From: Priapulus caudatus
Taxonomy: Eukaryota
NCBI RefSeq assembly: GCF_000485595.1
Contig: NW_014577086.1
Location: 299,630-363,629, forward strand
DNA: 64,000 nt
Direction: 5' to 3'
Positions 13,401 to 27,582 of the stretch are shown here, in pieces. Within the stretch, counting starts at the first letter, position 1. Each line of letters starts with the position of its first letter. The notes below the pieces were generated by a model that ran no database searches, was not told the origin of the DNA, and was given only the letters and a program-made list of their open reading frames with translations. The position numbers and the translations under genes are program-made.

Positions 13401-14895
13401 CAGACGCCCTTCTGTGTGTGAAATCTACCTGCCCTTCTGACGCCCTGTTTGCAGGGCGCCCTTCTGCAGGAGGGCGTACCTAATTTGCATATTTGGAATA
13501 GCCCTACAAACGCCCTGCATTCGCCCTGCAAACGCCCTGCAAACGCCCTTCTTCACTATACAACTAAACTGGAGGGCGTTTGAGGGGCGTACGCCCTTCT
13601 ACAGAAGGGCGCCCTCCAGAAACTTTCTCAAGACGCCCTTCTAACGCCCTGCAAACGCCCTTCAAACGCCCTGCAAAAATGTTAGGGCGAGCAGTCTTGC
13701 CGCAGTTTTTACGTTTGCCTGTGTTCTCCTTGCAAAATGTGTGCTGTGTGCTGAGTTTTCCCAGCAAGACACGCATGTGTTAGCCCAGCCAGGCCTGTGT
13801 TCTCCAGGCCATGCAGGCCTGCCTGTGTTCCCCCAGCAAGACACGCCTGTGTTAATTAGCCCAGCCAGGCCTGTGTTCACCAGGCCAGGCCTGCCTGTGT
13901 TCTCCCAGAAAGACCTGCCTAGCTGTGTTAGCCCAGCCAGCCCTAGCCCTGCCTGTGTTCTCCCAGCAAGGCCTGCCTTTGTTCTCCCAGCCAGGCCTGC
14001 ATGTGCTAGGTTAGGGTTAGGGTTAGGGTTAGGGTTAGGGTTAGGGTTAGGGTTAGGGTTAGGGTTAGTGTTAGTGTTAGGGTTAGTGTTAGGGTTAGGG
14101 TACACTTCTGTAGTACAAGTCTGGTACACTTTGTGTATACATATATATGTACCTCGGGTACATATCTGTAGTACCTGATACGACAACGACCCCTGGAGTC
14201 ACTTGTTTGTGTCGACGTGGGGAAAAGACAAGGACCAAATCTAAAAGGACTGCGGGACAACAGGGCATGTTCTGATTACTGGAAATTAGATCAAATTAGG
14301 TCGAAGGTTTTTGTGCCCCAGCAAATTAACGTTGCAACCGAGACCATTGTTCCCTTTACTCACTGCATCGAGTAATTGATTAGTTGGAAACGGCCAGTCA
14401 CATCTCTCCAAAACTCACTTCGACAAGCTCTAAACGAATAGGAAGGGAAAGACACTTCTGCTTACCTATAAGCGCTGTGGAGTATCCAGCTTCTTTTAGA
14501 ATCTCAGGCATAGTCGTTTCGTTCTGCGGCAAGCCTCCCGCGCTCGCCACAAAGGTCATGACTCTCAGGAGACCGCTTGGCGCCACCCCTACAAGCCAAT
14601 CAATCAGTATTAATGAGCAATCACTCAGTCGCCTACACACAATCCAGGTGAATAGAATGCAGTGCAGCTGAGGTGGGAACTAGATACAAAAGGACGACCA
14701 ATGAATCACGCATCCACTTCACTGCAACCAGTAACGTGTGATCAGATTACAAACTGGCCATCTGTCTCTATAGTGATCGAGATGTCCTCGTGTCCTTTTT
14801 ACTACAGGATTTACAACTGAGGCCGTATGCCTTCCCAGAATAATCTAGGCATCCCACTACTGTCAATCCCGTATCTTACTATAATTTGGCGAATG

Positions 14896-14946
<51 letters not shown>

Positions 14947-16209
14947 TGCGTACATGGTGCATGCATGTATGGAAATGAAACATGGTTCATACAGAAGGAC
15001 TGAAATTTTTTCCAATAACTTTTCAAGGACTTTTCAAGGACATTTTATCAGAAATTCAAGAACATTTTATCAGACATTTTATCGGAATTCATACACAGAA
15101 CAAAACATACCTGGATTAATTTAATAACACCATTCTTAATCACTGCATGTCACCTCTAAAACTTACCTGGATCACATTAATAAACCCTTCTAAACCAGTG
15201 AAAAAAATACATGGGGGCTCGGGGCGATTTAGCCCCCGAAATGCCAGAAAGAGCCCCGGAAATGCCAAAAAGAGCCCCCGTAAATTTGCATAGAGTTCAA
15301 TGCAAACCAAATTTTAGAGTGCTATTTTCATGCACGCGAGCTTGAAAAGTAGCCCCCGAAAAATAAATTTTATTTTTTCCCCTGTTCTAAATTAACACTG
15401 TCATTTCCACAACATACCTTGATTTACTGACTGATTTTACTGACTTACTGTAATTTGTAATCATCATTTAACTGTCTATCGTGTCTATAGCTTTTTACGC
15501 TCATTTAATGCAATTTTTATTGAAGTTTGCACATAATTGATGGTACAAGATTTCTTTTTATTACAGGCAAGGATTCTTTCTAAAAATTCAAGGACATTTT
15601 CATGAAATTCAAGCACTTTTCATGCAAGCACAAAATCAAGATTTACTAAATTCAAGTACTTTTCAAGGACTCCCCTCAAATTCAAGGACTTTCGAGGACT
15701 GTGCGAACCATGTGAAAGGCTCCGTCAGTTTGGATCCAAATAGCGCCTAATTCACAGAAGAGATCGATGAATACACGGGACGGGTTCTATAAACTATACT
15801 CGGTTGAAAACCGTAAAAAAGGCTTAAAAAAGACAAAAAAAAAACAAAAAAGGTAAAGATTTGCGTAAAAATAGGGGGCGCTATATCTTTGCTATATATT
15901 TCGCAACGTCAAAGTAGAAATAATGAGCCAAGTAGAAATAAGCATGTAATAATGAAGTTAAATGTTCAGTAGCTATTTTGGCATAGTTTTCGATATGAGA
16001 TGTACAAGTTGAATTTGATCAGAGCAGATATATGGGATCGGGGGCCGGTCGTGGATCACGTATTTCAGATTTCCGGCTATTCAAAGCTGTGCGGGCGTCG
16101 TGAACAGCGAGCTGTCAGCTGAAGTCCAGCCCAATGATCGAGATCTAACTTTGGAGTCCGTATCATCAACCAGTACATATATATAGCATACAATAAAAGA
16201 TTTGTGTGT

Positions 16210-16261
<52 letters not shown>

Positions 16262-16328
16262 TGTAATGTGTGTGTGTGTGTTGGTGTGTGTGTGTGTGTG
16301 TGTTGTGTGTTGTGTGTGTGTGTGTGTG

Positions 16329-16369
<41 letters not shown>

Positions 16370-19300
16370 TATTTCACTGTGTACTTGCCAAACAAATGAT
16401 TAATGTGTTACGTGTAAGCATGATTTTACATCTATTTCTATTGACATCTCAACCATAAAAAACAAACAAACATGTGCAACAGGTAATCAAGCGGACACTG
16501 ATCATATACTACTGTTACTGCATGCTGTGGGAAATGTACCAGACGTTGTGCGGAAATATATGCACTGAGTGTCGTTTGTGAGGTTAACGGGCGGGCACAC
16601 TCGAGTGCTTATATAAGGTGATAATACAATGTCTTTGATAAGGTGAAAATACAATGTCTATCATTCATTTAGGAAATTGTGGTTAGAGAACGGGGAGCGG
16701 GTTATAGTCGAATGGTTAGAAAGTATATCTTCGATATGTAGGATTAGATGGTTTATATAGATTTAAGTATCCGACACTGTAAATGCATGGCAGCAGATAA
16801 ACTCTGGTCCATCTACCAAAAATTGAAACTAGACACTCGCTGTGACGTATAATAACTTTCTTCTGCTTGTGTCAATTTACAACGCAATGAACGCACTCTT
16901 CCAGAAAGCTTTTAACTGCTGCTGGCAACATGCAACTTCAACGCATGCACACACCAGTGATGTCACATCGCAACACAATTCAACCGGATAATCAGACGAT
17001 CGGACTAGTCACGAGATGCTCTATAGTGCCCAGTGTGTTGTCGCCGCCCAGAATCACACTGAATAATGTCATAGGCTAACAACAATCCCCTGTCATGAGC
17101 GACTAGCAATTAAGAGAAGAGCATACACGTATTGATCACTATATCTTTCGCTCCTACGCCTTAGTCCCAAAGCGAACAGAACTGTTGGCTCTATACTAGT
17201 AGGATAAGTGAAACCTTGAAACTGTTACGTCTCGGATATATATGGCAATTGACATTTTCATTACCGACACAAGAATGTCAACTGAGAATCGATGTCCTGT
17301 TCCCACTAGAGTAGAACATTTGCCTATTATTGAATGACACAGCTGTGTCAGTATAGTGACAATCAGTGAATGATCCTTGGATATAAGCAGATCATACAGT
17401 CTACCAATCCTAATTGATCATTGCAGCAGAGAAATCCAATTTCAAGCGCCGTGCATTTGAGGTCAGACTTCCTTTCTGGACCCGGCTCACACGTGAGTAA
17501 TTTTACTCAAGTAAAATGACGCATATGCGTCAAAATACTCACGCGTAGTAATATTTTCAGCGTTCCCCGCACACGTGAGTAAAATTACTCAAGGAATAAG
17601 TGGATATGCAGATCACGTGACTGTGCGCAGCCAATACTGGGCGCACAATAATTTAAACGCATGCGCTGTGAGTACCCGTGTTGAGTAAATTTACTCAGGG
17701 CGCGCGCACACGTTGAGTAAAATGACGAATGAGTCCAAAATTATCAAACACGTTTGATATTGAGTAAAATGACGCATGCATCAAATATTACTCAACGAAA
17801 ATCCGCCGCACACGTAAGTAAAATGACTCATGCGTTAATTTATTTGAGTAAAATTACTCACGTGTGCGCCGGGCTTTACACACAAAGACGCAACAAGCTT
17901 AACGGTGCTCAGTACTCACCAATTAACTTATAATCTAGAGTGACTGAGTCATTAACAGAAAATCGACTATTATGGAGAACTATTATGGAGTCCTAAGAGA
18001 AATCTTCTATTATTAACTCTTGTTATAATCCAACTCACTGACTAAATAATAAATATATTCTACACCGCACGCATGCTGTAATACAGCTGACTTGCTCTAC
18101 GAAGCCTCAGGGATACCGATAATTTAACTGTAATGCGCGAATTCTCGCATTGGAAAGATACAGTTGCAGCTGCCTATTAATAGGTAATTATACGCGTTCG
18201 ACTAACGGCGCGTGTCATTTTATCGCCATCCCGCCCCATCGCCATCGTCATTTTATCGCCATCCCGCCCTTAAGTGAAAACCTCGGACACCTATAGTCGG
18301 TCCAGTGCAACATGCTGGACTAATGGCACACAAAATATGGTACTACATTTGTACATTAAGACAGATTGTACAGATTTGCAGTTTAAAACAGGTGAAAACA
18401 GAAAGATAGAACAAGTGTGAGAATTAAGGTAAAAGAACCAGGAGATGGGCTAATTAATCACGGTTCATTGTGGCAATGGACGGGTTGGTTTTGAGCCAAC
18501 CTACGAAATCATCTGACATGTCAGAAATGCACTATACATGTAGATTATTACGAGAAACTTCATGTATTTCTTTTTTTTAATTATCTCGCTTGATCTCCAA
18601 TTAATATTATGAACGTGCATTATGACGTTTTTTGCTATGGCTATTAGGTAACTAATTAAACAAAATATATGATACCTGCATCGTAGAACATGAAAATATT
18701 TTCATTTATAAAACTAGACTACTTTAATTAAATGCGCATCAATAAAACTTTAACATCATTTGTCTAATTGGAAATACTGTACCCATTTAATGTTTTTGTA
18801 GCGTTTGTGTCTGCAAGCTAGCTAGGGTGCATGCGTGTACGTATGTATTTCGCTTGTGTGGCTGTGAACGCGCGGCGAATGCACAGTTCATTCAGCTGAT
18901 TCATTAGAGTATATTGACACAATGAGAACATGTAGGCACTTTCATGAAAGCGCGCGCGCAATGTACACAGTTCGTCCAGGAAACATTTACACATCCTTTG
19001 TCCTTAGCCACGCGTTTAGTAGCTACCAAAGCACGATAGTCGAATCACGTGTATTCTGTGCATACATACGGGCACGTTAACCCACGCAGACACGCACGCA
19101 CGCACGCACGCACGCACACACCAGTGCACGAACCTACCCTACGCACACGCGCACGTACAAAAGTGGGTGGGTGTACACAAACTGGCAGAGAGTTACAACA
19201 GTAGAGTTACAGCGTGAGATAGCGAGGTAGGTATGGAGGGGGAAGGAGGAGGGAGGAGGAGATGGAGGGATGGAGGGAAGGAGTGAGGGAGTGAGGGAGA

Positions 19301-22300
19301 CTGCATGGGAAAGGGCGGAAGGAACGAGAAAAAGAAGGAAGGGCGGAGAGCGACTGTGATGAATATACTTTTACAAGGTCAATTTAACCATTCATGATAG
19401 AAGGCTTCTTTATACGCTCTTGATAGAATCAATAAAAATCACTCGTGTTACAGGCTTTACAGGTTGGACGCAGGTTGGTTTACGCACAAACACATTGCGA
19501 ACGGCATTCGGTAGGATTCTTTGGCGCAAAATTGGCAATTTCCTAAACTAGGAGATGATTTGCACCCATGCAGTCAGCAAAATCAGCTAAAAATTTAGAT
19601 CGTCGTGGGAGTGCTAGCTGGCAGGCGATCAACAAAGTTGGCAGGCATACATTATGGTTGCATTTGTGCCTTCCCGATTAATTATAATTTAGAACGGCGA
19701 TGGATTATTCCTCATCAGGCTAATGCAATTAAGCTGCTTCTTTTCAGGTCGCCCAATAGAATTTTTCACCCATTGGTGTATACACTGAGAATTGAGGTGA
19801 TAGAGCGAGGACAGAATGAGCCGGACTGCATGGCTAGTCTAGCCTTAAAATACTACTTGTCAAAGGGAATCAGTGCTGTATATTTATACTGCACATTTGC
19901 AGTTAACCGGGTCTAAATTACATGCAAAATTTCCTGGTTCAATATTCACTAAAAACTGTCGATGAACATTTTCTTACAACACAGGTGGTGCGTATGAATG
20001 AACGACGCCTCGAACGAATTTACACTACAGTATAAACACCCGCGAGTAAGAACCTGCATTTTCCCAAGTTAGCCTAAACAGGTTCTTACATAAATGGTAC
20101 TTTAGTAATATCACAAATTGAGGCAATTTAGGTTCTTAAATAGGTTCTTATTTTCTAAAGAAAATTCCCAAATGTTTTTCATACGGTATATGGTTCCCAG
20201 GTTTTAACAGATTAAAAATGCAAGTAATCATCATAACCATGCAGAGTTGTTCGGTTAAATAGTAGTTAGGTATAACTATAAAAATGTTACAGATTAGAAC
20301 CTAGTCCGCAACGTATAAATAAAACCGTGTCATGGCAGCACTTAATAATAGTCATCTTCGATGTTTATGAACAAAAACTATTTATATACTATCAATCAAG
20401 AGCTCATAATAGAGAGCCCTCTATTATGAGCTCTTGATACTATTTATGTGCTACAAAGATATGTATACTTTCAAATTCTACAACACTGTTCATGTGTATA
20501 ACTGTAACCAAATTGAGCCGCCAAAATCACATCAAATACTTTTTTTTACTATAGTTAACCGTTTAACTTGTGATAAGTATACTCTTGAATATAACTCTTG
20601 AAATAAGTATTTGTTACGGTTAACATCATGCATGAACTGCAAAATGACATATATTATACATTTCGCCTCGAGATGCTAACATGTCGACCACGGACATAGA
20701 GCGCATTAATTATATACTGCGCACAAGAAATCATTCTGGGTTGGTCCTCTTCGTGCAGCTGCTGACCAGGTGAAGCCCTGCAGCTGCCGAGTCAATGAAT
20801 CTAATACTGAATTGCGATACACAGCCGCGTGGCTAACAGCTAGTTCTATCCGTGGATTCGTGCACTAAGTTAAACACTTGGGAAAGCAGATCATATCTAT
20901 ATACGCAAATGAAAAAAGCGATCGTTCCACAAAAGCTAAAGCACTTCACTCCGCGCTTAGTACGGCTATAGTTTGTGTTAGGTCTTATCATCGCTTATCA
21001 TCGCTTTTCAACCTATTAATGAGTCATCTGTGTATAAACCACCCACATCTGTCCGACATCCGATCCACATAATCCACACAACCGTCACCGGTCGTACGAA
21101 CACACATTCGTTGTTGCATTTTCGCACGCGCTCTTTACAAATAATGTCTTTCGAAAACGAAGACAGCATCCAACAGATTAGACTCCGCACTGGTAGACTC
21201 GGCATACCTACCGTCTACGCAGTACTTTCATACTAACTATGCTCTGGCCGTAGTGAGTATATAGACTTAGGGAAATTCTAGACTCGTCACTGATGCATCT
21301 ATCCACATCTGCACTTTGCAGCTGTCCGTATCAATGCCCCACGCTGCCGTATAGCGTTGCCACTATCGCACACAGTGATGAGACGCGACATTCATTCATC
21401 ACTACAGTTGATACATGTCAACATTATGGCTGCACTATAATGTGGGGATATGCTGGCGAGAGATGGTCAAGCTACAGTATAGGAACATTTATGTCGAATA
21501 TAAGAAGGATTATGCGTGTTCCAAGACCCGCTCATACGCCAAGAAAATCCCATTTTAATACATTTATATTTACAGTCGCAGAAGCAGATATATATAATAA
21601 CAAGAGCGTATAAAGAAGGTATTCTTTATACGCTCTTCTTTATACGCCCTTCTTTATACGCTCTTGATAATTATAGAGTCTGCGCATGCCACCACTGCTA
21701 CAACCCCAAAGGGATATTGCCCTTTGCCAGTGATTTACGTGACATCTGATCCATTCGAGCATCAAAATAAGAGAAATACTATCAATCTCACACAGATGTT
21801 CGTAACAAAACGTAATTAATTAAGCAAATTGAAAAAAAAACACCAGCAGGTCGATGACGTATTGGCATCTCGTGCTGACTGACCGCGCCTTGCATTTAGT
21901 GGTGAATAGAAGGGGTTTCGCGGTTCAGCTCAGAAGAGAAACCATATACACCCACATCAGCGCGACAGACTCGGCAAACTCCCATTAAGTGGCATTGATT
22001 TTTGGAGCGTTCTTTATATCAAAGAGACGGCGTGCGGTATTCCGGCCCATCGATCCATCGCTGTGAACAACCGGTGCGACTGTTTCAACAAATCGAGCGA
22101 ACCAGCGAATACATGCCACGTGGGCACACAGGCACTTAGAGCGTTCGGTTTCAATAAAATATAATGCCAAATCAATACGAAATCTATTTACTACCAAAGT
22201 CTCAATGTTTCTCTATACTCTCTTTCACCTATTATTGCCGACAATTTCCTGTAAATGCCGTCCAAATGCTCATCTGCAACACACGCTGGCTGCCGCACGC

Positions 22301-25300
22301 TAGCTGCTGCACACTGACACATAAATATATAACTACACTACACACTACACACACTACTACACTATATACTATATTATATATTTATGTGTCAGTGTGCAGC
22401 AGCTATAGCGTGCGGCAGCCAGCGTGCGTTGCAGATGAGCATTTGGACGGCATTTACAGGAAATTGTCGGCAATAATAGGTGAAAGAGAGTATAGAGAAA
22501 TATTAAGACTGGTAGTAAATAGATTTCGCATTTATATATAGCATTATATTTTATTGAAACGATCCAAGTGCCTGTGCGTGGGTACGCCCTAACATTTTTG
22601 CAGGGCGCCCTCCATAAGTGCTACGCCCTGCAAACGCCCTCCTGAGACTTAGATATTTTAGCATATGCCCTGCAAACGCCCTTCTGAAACAGATATTTTA
22701 ACGTATGCCCTGCAAACGCCCTTCTGAAACTTAGATATTTAGCATATAGCCCTTGCCAACGCCCTTCTGAGACTTAATCATTTAGCGTATGCCCTGCAAA
22801 CGCCTTCTGAGACTTTAGAAATTTTAGCGGACGAATTCGATGAACGCCTGGCAAACGCCCTTCTGAGACATAGCATATTGTTATGCGTTGATTCAACAAA
22901 CGCCTGCATACGCCCTTCTGAGACTTGGACATTTTTGCACAGATGAACACTTACACTACCCTGGCAAATGCTATTCTTCTGTCATATAATGATGCCAAAA
23001 TAGGAAACCTCAACTCTTTGCTACAAAAATGCACTATGTACTTTATTTCCTTCGGTTTGTGACCACGACATATAGGCGCCTATACTGATTATAGTAAACA
23101 CACTTATGCAAATAAAGCCAACGATTTTAAACAATCAACTCTTTGAATTAGTGGAAATTTAATTTAATTTAAATTAAAATAATAATCATTTTTTATACAG
23201 TTTGCTTCGTAAATATTAGCTTAAATTAGAAATTTACGCGATGACTGTTTCAAAAAGTGTGATCGCGAGAAGACTAACATAAAAACGGCTTGCAGACTGA
23301 TGACCCTCAATGTCACCCCTGCGACATCGCACAAGAACAAACATTGACAGCTTTTGTGTTTTAGTTAAAATTAACTTTAATATGATCTTATATATGTTGA
23401 ACTTCTTTATGATAGTATGTTTAATCATGTTAAATTATGTTCACTGAGCTGAAAACCCGCGCTACGCGCGGCNNNNNNNNNNNNNNNNNNNNNNNNNNNN
23501 NNNNNNNNNNNNNNNNNNNNNNNNNNNNNNNNNNNNNNNNNNNNNNNNNNNNNNNNNNNNNNNNNNNNNNNNNNNNNNNNNNNNNNNNNNNNNNNNNNNN
23601 NNNNNNNNNNNNNNNNNNNNNNNCAAGACACGGCTGTGTTAGCCCAGCCAGGCCTGTGTTCTCCCAACAAGACACGGCTGTGTTAGCCCCGCCAGGCCTG
23701 TGTTCTCCCAACAAGACACGGCTGTGTTAGCCCAGCCAGGCCTGTGTTCTCCCAACAAGACACGGCTGTGTTAGCCCAGCCAGGCCTGTGTTCTCCAAGC
23801 CAGGGAGCCGTTGTCAGAAACATCATAAAATTAATGCTAATGTTAATGCTAAGATAACACTTACGACTAATGTTAATGTACGAGAGGAGCGTTGACAGAA
23901 ACACATCGCAGCTATTAGAAAACTTACGATAACAGGAACTTCATCACAAGGCTGCTGATTGGGTGAGAATCGATCACAAAATTCAAATTCATACACATTT
24001 ATTGTGCATCACAGTAATTTATGCATATTATGATGGCTAACCACATATAAATAATATTTGATGAAAAACGACGCGGTCATGAATTTATTCTGCATGCACA
24101 ACAAGACAAATTCTCACTGTAACACGAGACGCGAGAGTAGTGGCAAGCGTGGCAAACATTTAAAACAAGAGAACAAATGCCATACGCCATTTGTAAATTA
24201 ATGTTTTGTTTTGTTTTATGATCGGTAGATAATTAATGATTTTGACGTGTTTTTCAAGAAAAACACACATTTTATTCATTATTATAAAATATTATATCAC
24301 TATAATTGTAATTCGTAGTTTAAATGTGTTATTTTCAACTTAATATTAAAGTTACGAGAGGGTCTGGGCTCTCGTAATGTGAAGAGGATATTTTCGAGGA
24401 TTTTTCATTCTCGTAACGTTGCGATGTTTCGATCTGTCAACGGTTACGAGTGGAAGTTAATGTTAAGACTAATGTTAAGACTAATTTTGTTTCTGAAAAC
24501 GGGCCCCAGGCCTGCATGTGTTCCCCCAGCAAGACACGCCTGTGTTAGCCCAGCCAGGCCTGTGTTCTCCCAACAAGACACGCATGTATTCGTTCCCCCA
24601 GCAAGACACGCCTGTGTTCTCCCAGCCAGGCCTGCATGTGTTTCCCCAGCAAGACCTGCCTGTGTTAGCCCAGCCAGGCCTGTGTTCTCCCAGCCAGGCC
24701 TGCATGTGTTCTCCCAGCAAGACACGCCTGTGTTCTCCCAGCCAGGCCTGCATGTGTTCCCCCAGCAAGACACGCCTGTGTTAGCCCAGCCAGGCCTGTG
24801 TTCTCCCAACAAGACACGCATGTGTTCCCCCAGCAAGACACGGCTGTATTCTCCCAGCCAGGCCTGTGTTCTCCCAGCCAGACACGCCTGTGTTAACCCA
24901 GCCAGGCCTGCCTGTGTTCTCCCAACAAAAAACGCCTTGTGTTTTCCTAGCCAGACACGCCTGTGTTTTTTTACCAGACTGGCCTGTGTTTTCCCAGCAA
25001 GATCTGCCTACGTTCTCCGGTGTACAGCTTACTGGCCTTTTCTGGTTGATAACTGAAGCCACGACAAACATGCGTGGCAAATAATCAGTTTACACTAAAC
25101 GGCACCAGTCTAACCATGCAATGGCGTCCTTGTATTTGCTTATAATATTGACACCGAAATTGGCAAAAGCAACATGAATCGTGGCATGAATTATATTTTT
25201 TGGGTGTCTAGATTACATAATATAGTAGTAACACGGAATTCATTGATAGACATGCTCTGCTGGTACATAATGCATGCTGCGCTAGTACGTAGTGAATTAA

Positions 25301-27521
25301 CGCATTGCACTTGCACACAATATGCACTTTACAACAGACGAACGACACTGTCGCAGGGTACGACAGGGTGCAAATCTAGTAAATTTTATGTGAAAAGAAC
25401 AATGCTTGACAAATAATACAATAATAGCATCGTAATAATTTTCGATTACTGCAATAGTATGGGCAATAGTATATTAACAATTGCAATACTATCGCAGAAG
25501 TAAAATTGCACCCAATATGCTATAGTCACCCCTGCCTGTAATACAGGCAGAAAATATAGTTTACAGATAAAATAATTGAAAAACCGAAATAGCCAGCCAC
25601 TGCCTTTACTTGGATCCTGAGATAGCTCATAATCTAATAAATAGGAAAGGAGAATAAAATAACAGGAGAATAGCAAGACCACATAGACACTCATTTCACA
25701 TTGCATATATAGGCCTATTATTATATATATATAAGGGTTGGAAGAAAAATTATTACCCTTTTGCGCACATAATTGTATACAGCTGCAATATGCCACGTAC
25801 CTAATGCCTATGACTAAAGGAACATTTGCTCACTAAAAGATAGTACTAATAGTGTCTATATAACCAGTACAACTTTTCCACGCAAGTACAAACAGACCAT
25901 TCTTCCGCATAAAAAAACCGTTGCGTATTAACATTCAACTGCTCGATATTCCTTCCTGTTAAAAATATGTATGTACACTTTATGACAAATAATAGATAAC
26001 GTTTTTCCTTCATATTTGCAATGCATTAATAATGCACAGGAGTAAGGTTGCCATTTAGTTTTCCATCGGGAAAAGCTTGTATCTGAAAAAAATCATGTAT
26101 CCGGGAAAAGCATGTATCCAACTATTCAATAATGAAATACAATAAAACATTCATGAAAAACCTGGTATCTGATGCTGCAGCTTCACTATACTATCCTATT
26201 TCAGTGGTTCATAGCTAGCCTTTTGCAAGCTGAAAAGGCCTTTCAGTTCTTACTACTTCTTACTAACATGCTTAGGGACATGCCAACTTGAAAAAAAAGT
26301 CCAATCAATATTAGAAAAGTTACCCATTGGTTTAACCATCTTCTAAAAAAGTGCATTGCAAAGTTTCACCACTAAGAGAAACTGAAAAGCAAAACAGAAG
26401 TGGGAGATTCACCAAAGAATATAATGCCATTAATTCTATCAAGAGCGTATTAAGTATGCTCTTATGTACTTTTAAAAGTATGTACTTAATACGCTCTTGA
26501 TTCTATTAACGTACATAGCAAAAGTTGTTAGCTGATGGAGTTACTCGCAGTTAAATAAACCCACAATGACATTTCTCATCTCGCATGAAAAAACATTAGC
26601 ACTTTGTGATTCCCTAATGACCTCTATGGTTGCGTACGTTGAAATTCCTAAAGCTGGGGGCAGACGAGCGTATTTTTTCGCCCGATCGATTGCGGCGAAT
26701 TTTAAAATCGCTCAAAAAATTCGCCTGTGTGCCCGTTCACGTCGACGATGATTTAGTACGCCCGTACGACGCCCGTACGAATCGCCCGTATCAAAAATGT
26801 TAGATATTTTCAGCCGATTATTTACGCCGGCAGAAGATCCGCTGGAAAATTCGCTCGTCTGCCCGTGTCCAAGGTATTTTGTCGAGCGATCAATTTTTTT
26901 AAACCAATCGGACGTGTTGTTGATATCATGTGATGCATCATGTGATCATGTGATTCCGTCGAGTGGCGTACGCGTACGCTCTCAAATTCGCTACGTGTGC
27001 CCCTTCGTGATCGGGCGTATAAATTCACTGCCGATTTTAATCGGTGCGATCCGGCAAAAAAATACGCTCGTGTGCCCCCAGCTTAACGCAGCTCTTCTAG
27101 TGGCTATAAATCATTACCACAATACTACATAAGAGTGTGACTGTATTCTCAGAAGAACACTTTAACCTTTACATATATTACATATATATTGTATATATTG
27201 TACTATATATTATTTACATATTATACATATATATGATATATATTTAATTATATATATATATATATATCATATATATATATACACCATATTATCCATGCAT
27301 ATATCCATCCATCCGCCCGTCCGTCCATCCATCCATTCCTCTCTCTACCTGCCTGCATTGCCTGTCTGCTTGTTTACCTGCCTCCCTGCCTGCCTGTGCC
27401 TACTTGCCTGCCTGCTTTGCCTGCCTGCCTGCCTGCCTGCTTGCCTGCCTGTCTGCCTGCCTGCCCAGCGACTTTATCTATCTACCTACCTACTACTTAT
27501 AAAGCCATCTACTCACCTAAC

Positions 27522-27582
<61 letters not shown>

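Larger units (their letters stand above)
12921..14193. mobile_element. TIR element carrying nested repeats and a telomere-like tract
   Basis: Perfect 36-bp TIR GGGGTCGTTGTCGTATCAGGTACTACAGATATGTAC at 12921-12956 and 14158-14193. Confidence 0.75.

Noticed and set aside
14007..14100. True telomere or chromosome-fusion site
   Set aside because: Short, single orientation, inside a TIR element within an intron.
23624..25056. CRISPR-like array or 225-aa ORF
   Set aside because: Tandem minisatellite with no unique spacers, in a eukaryotic context; the ORFs are by-products of the repeat.
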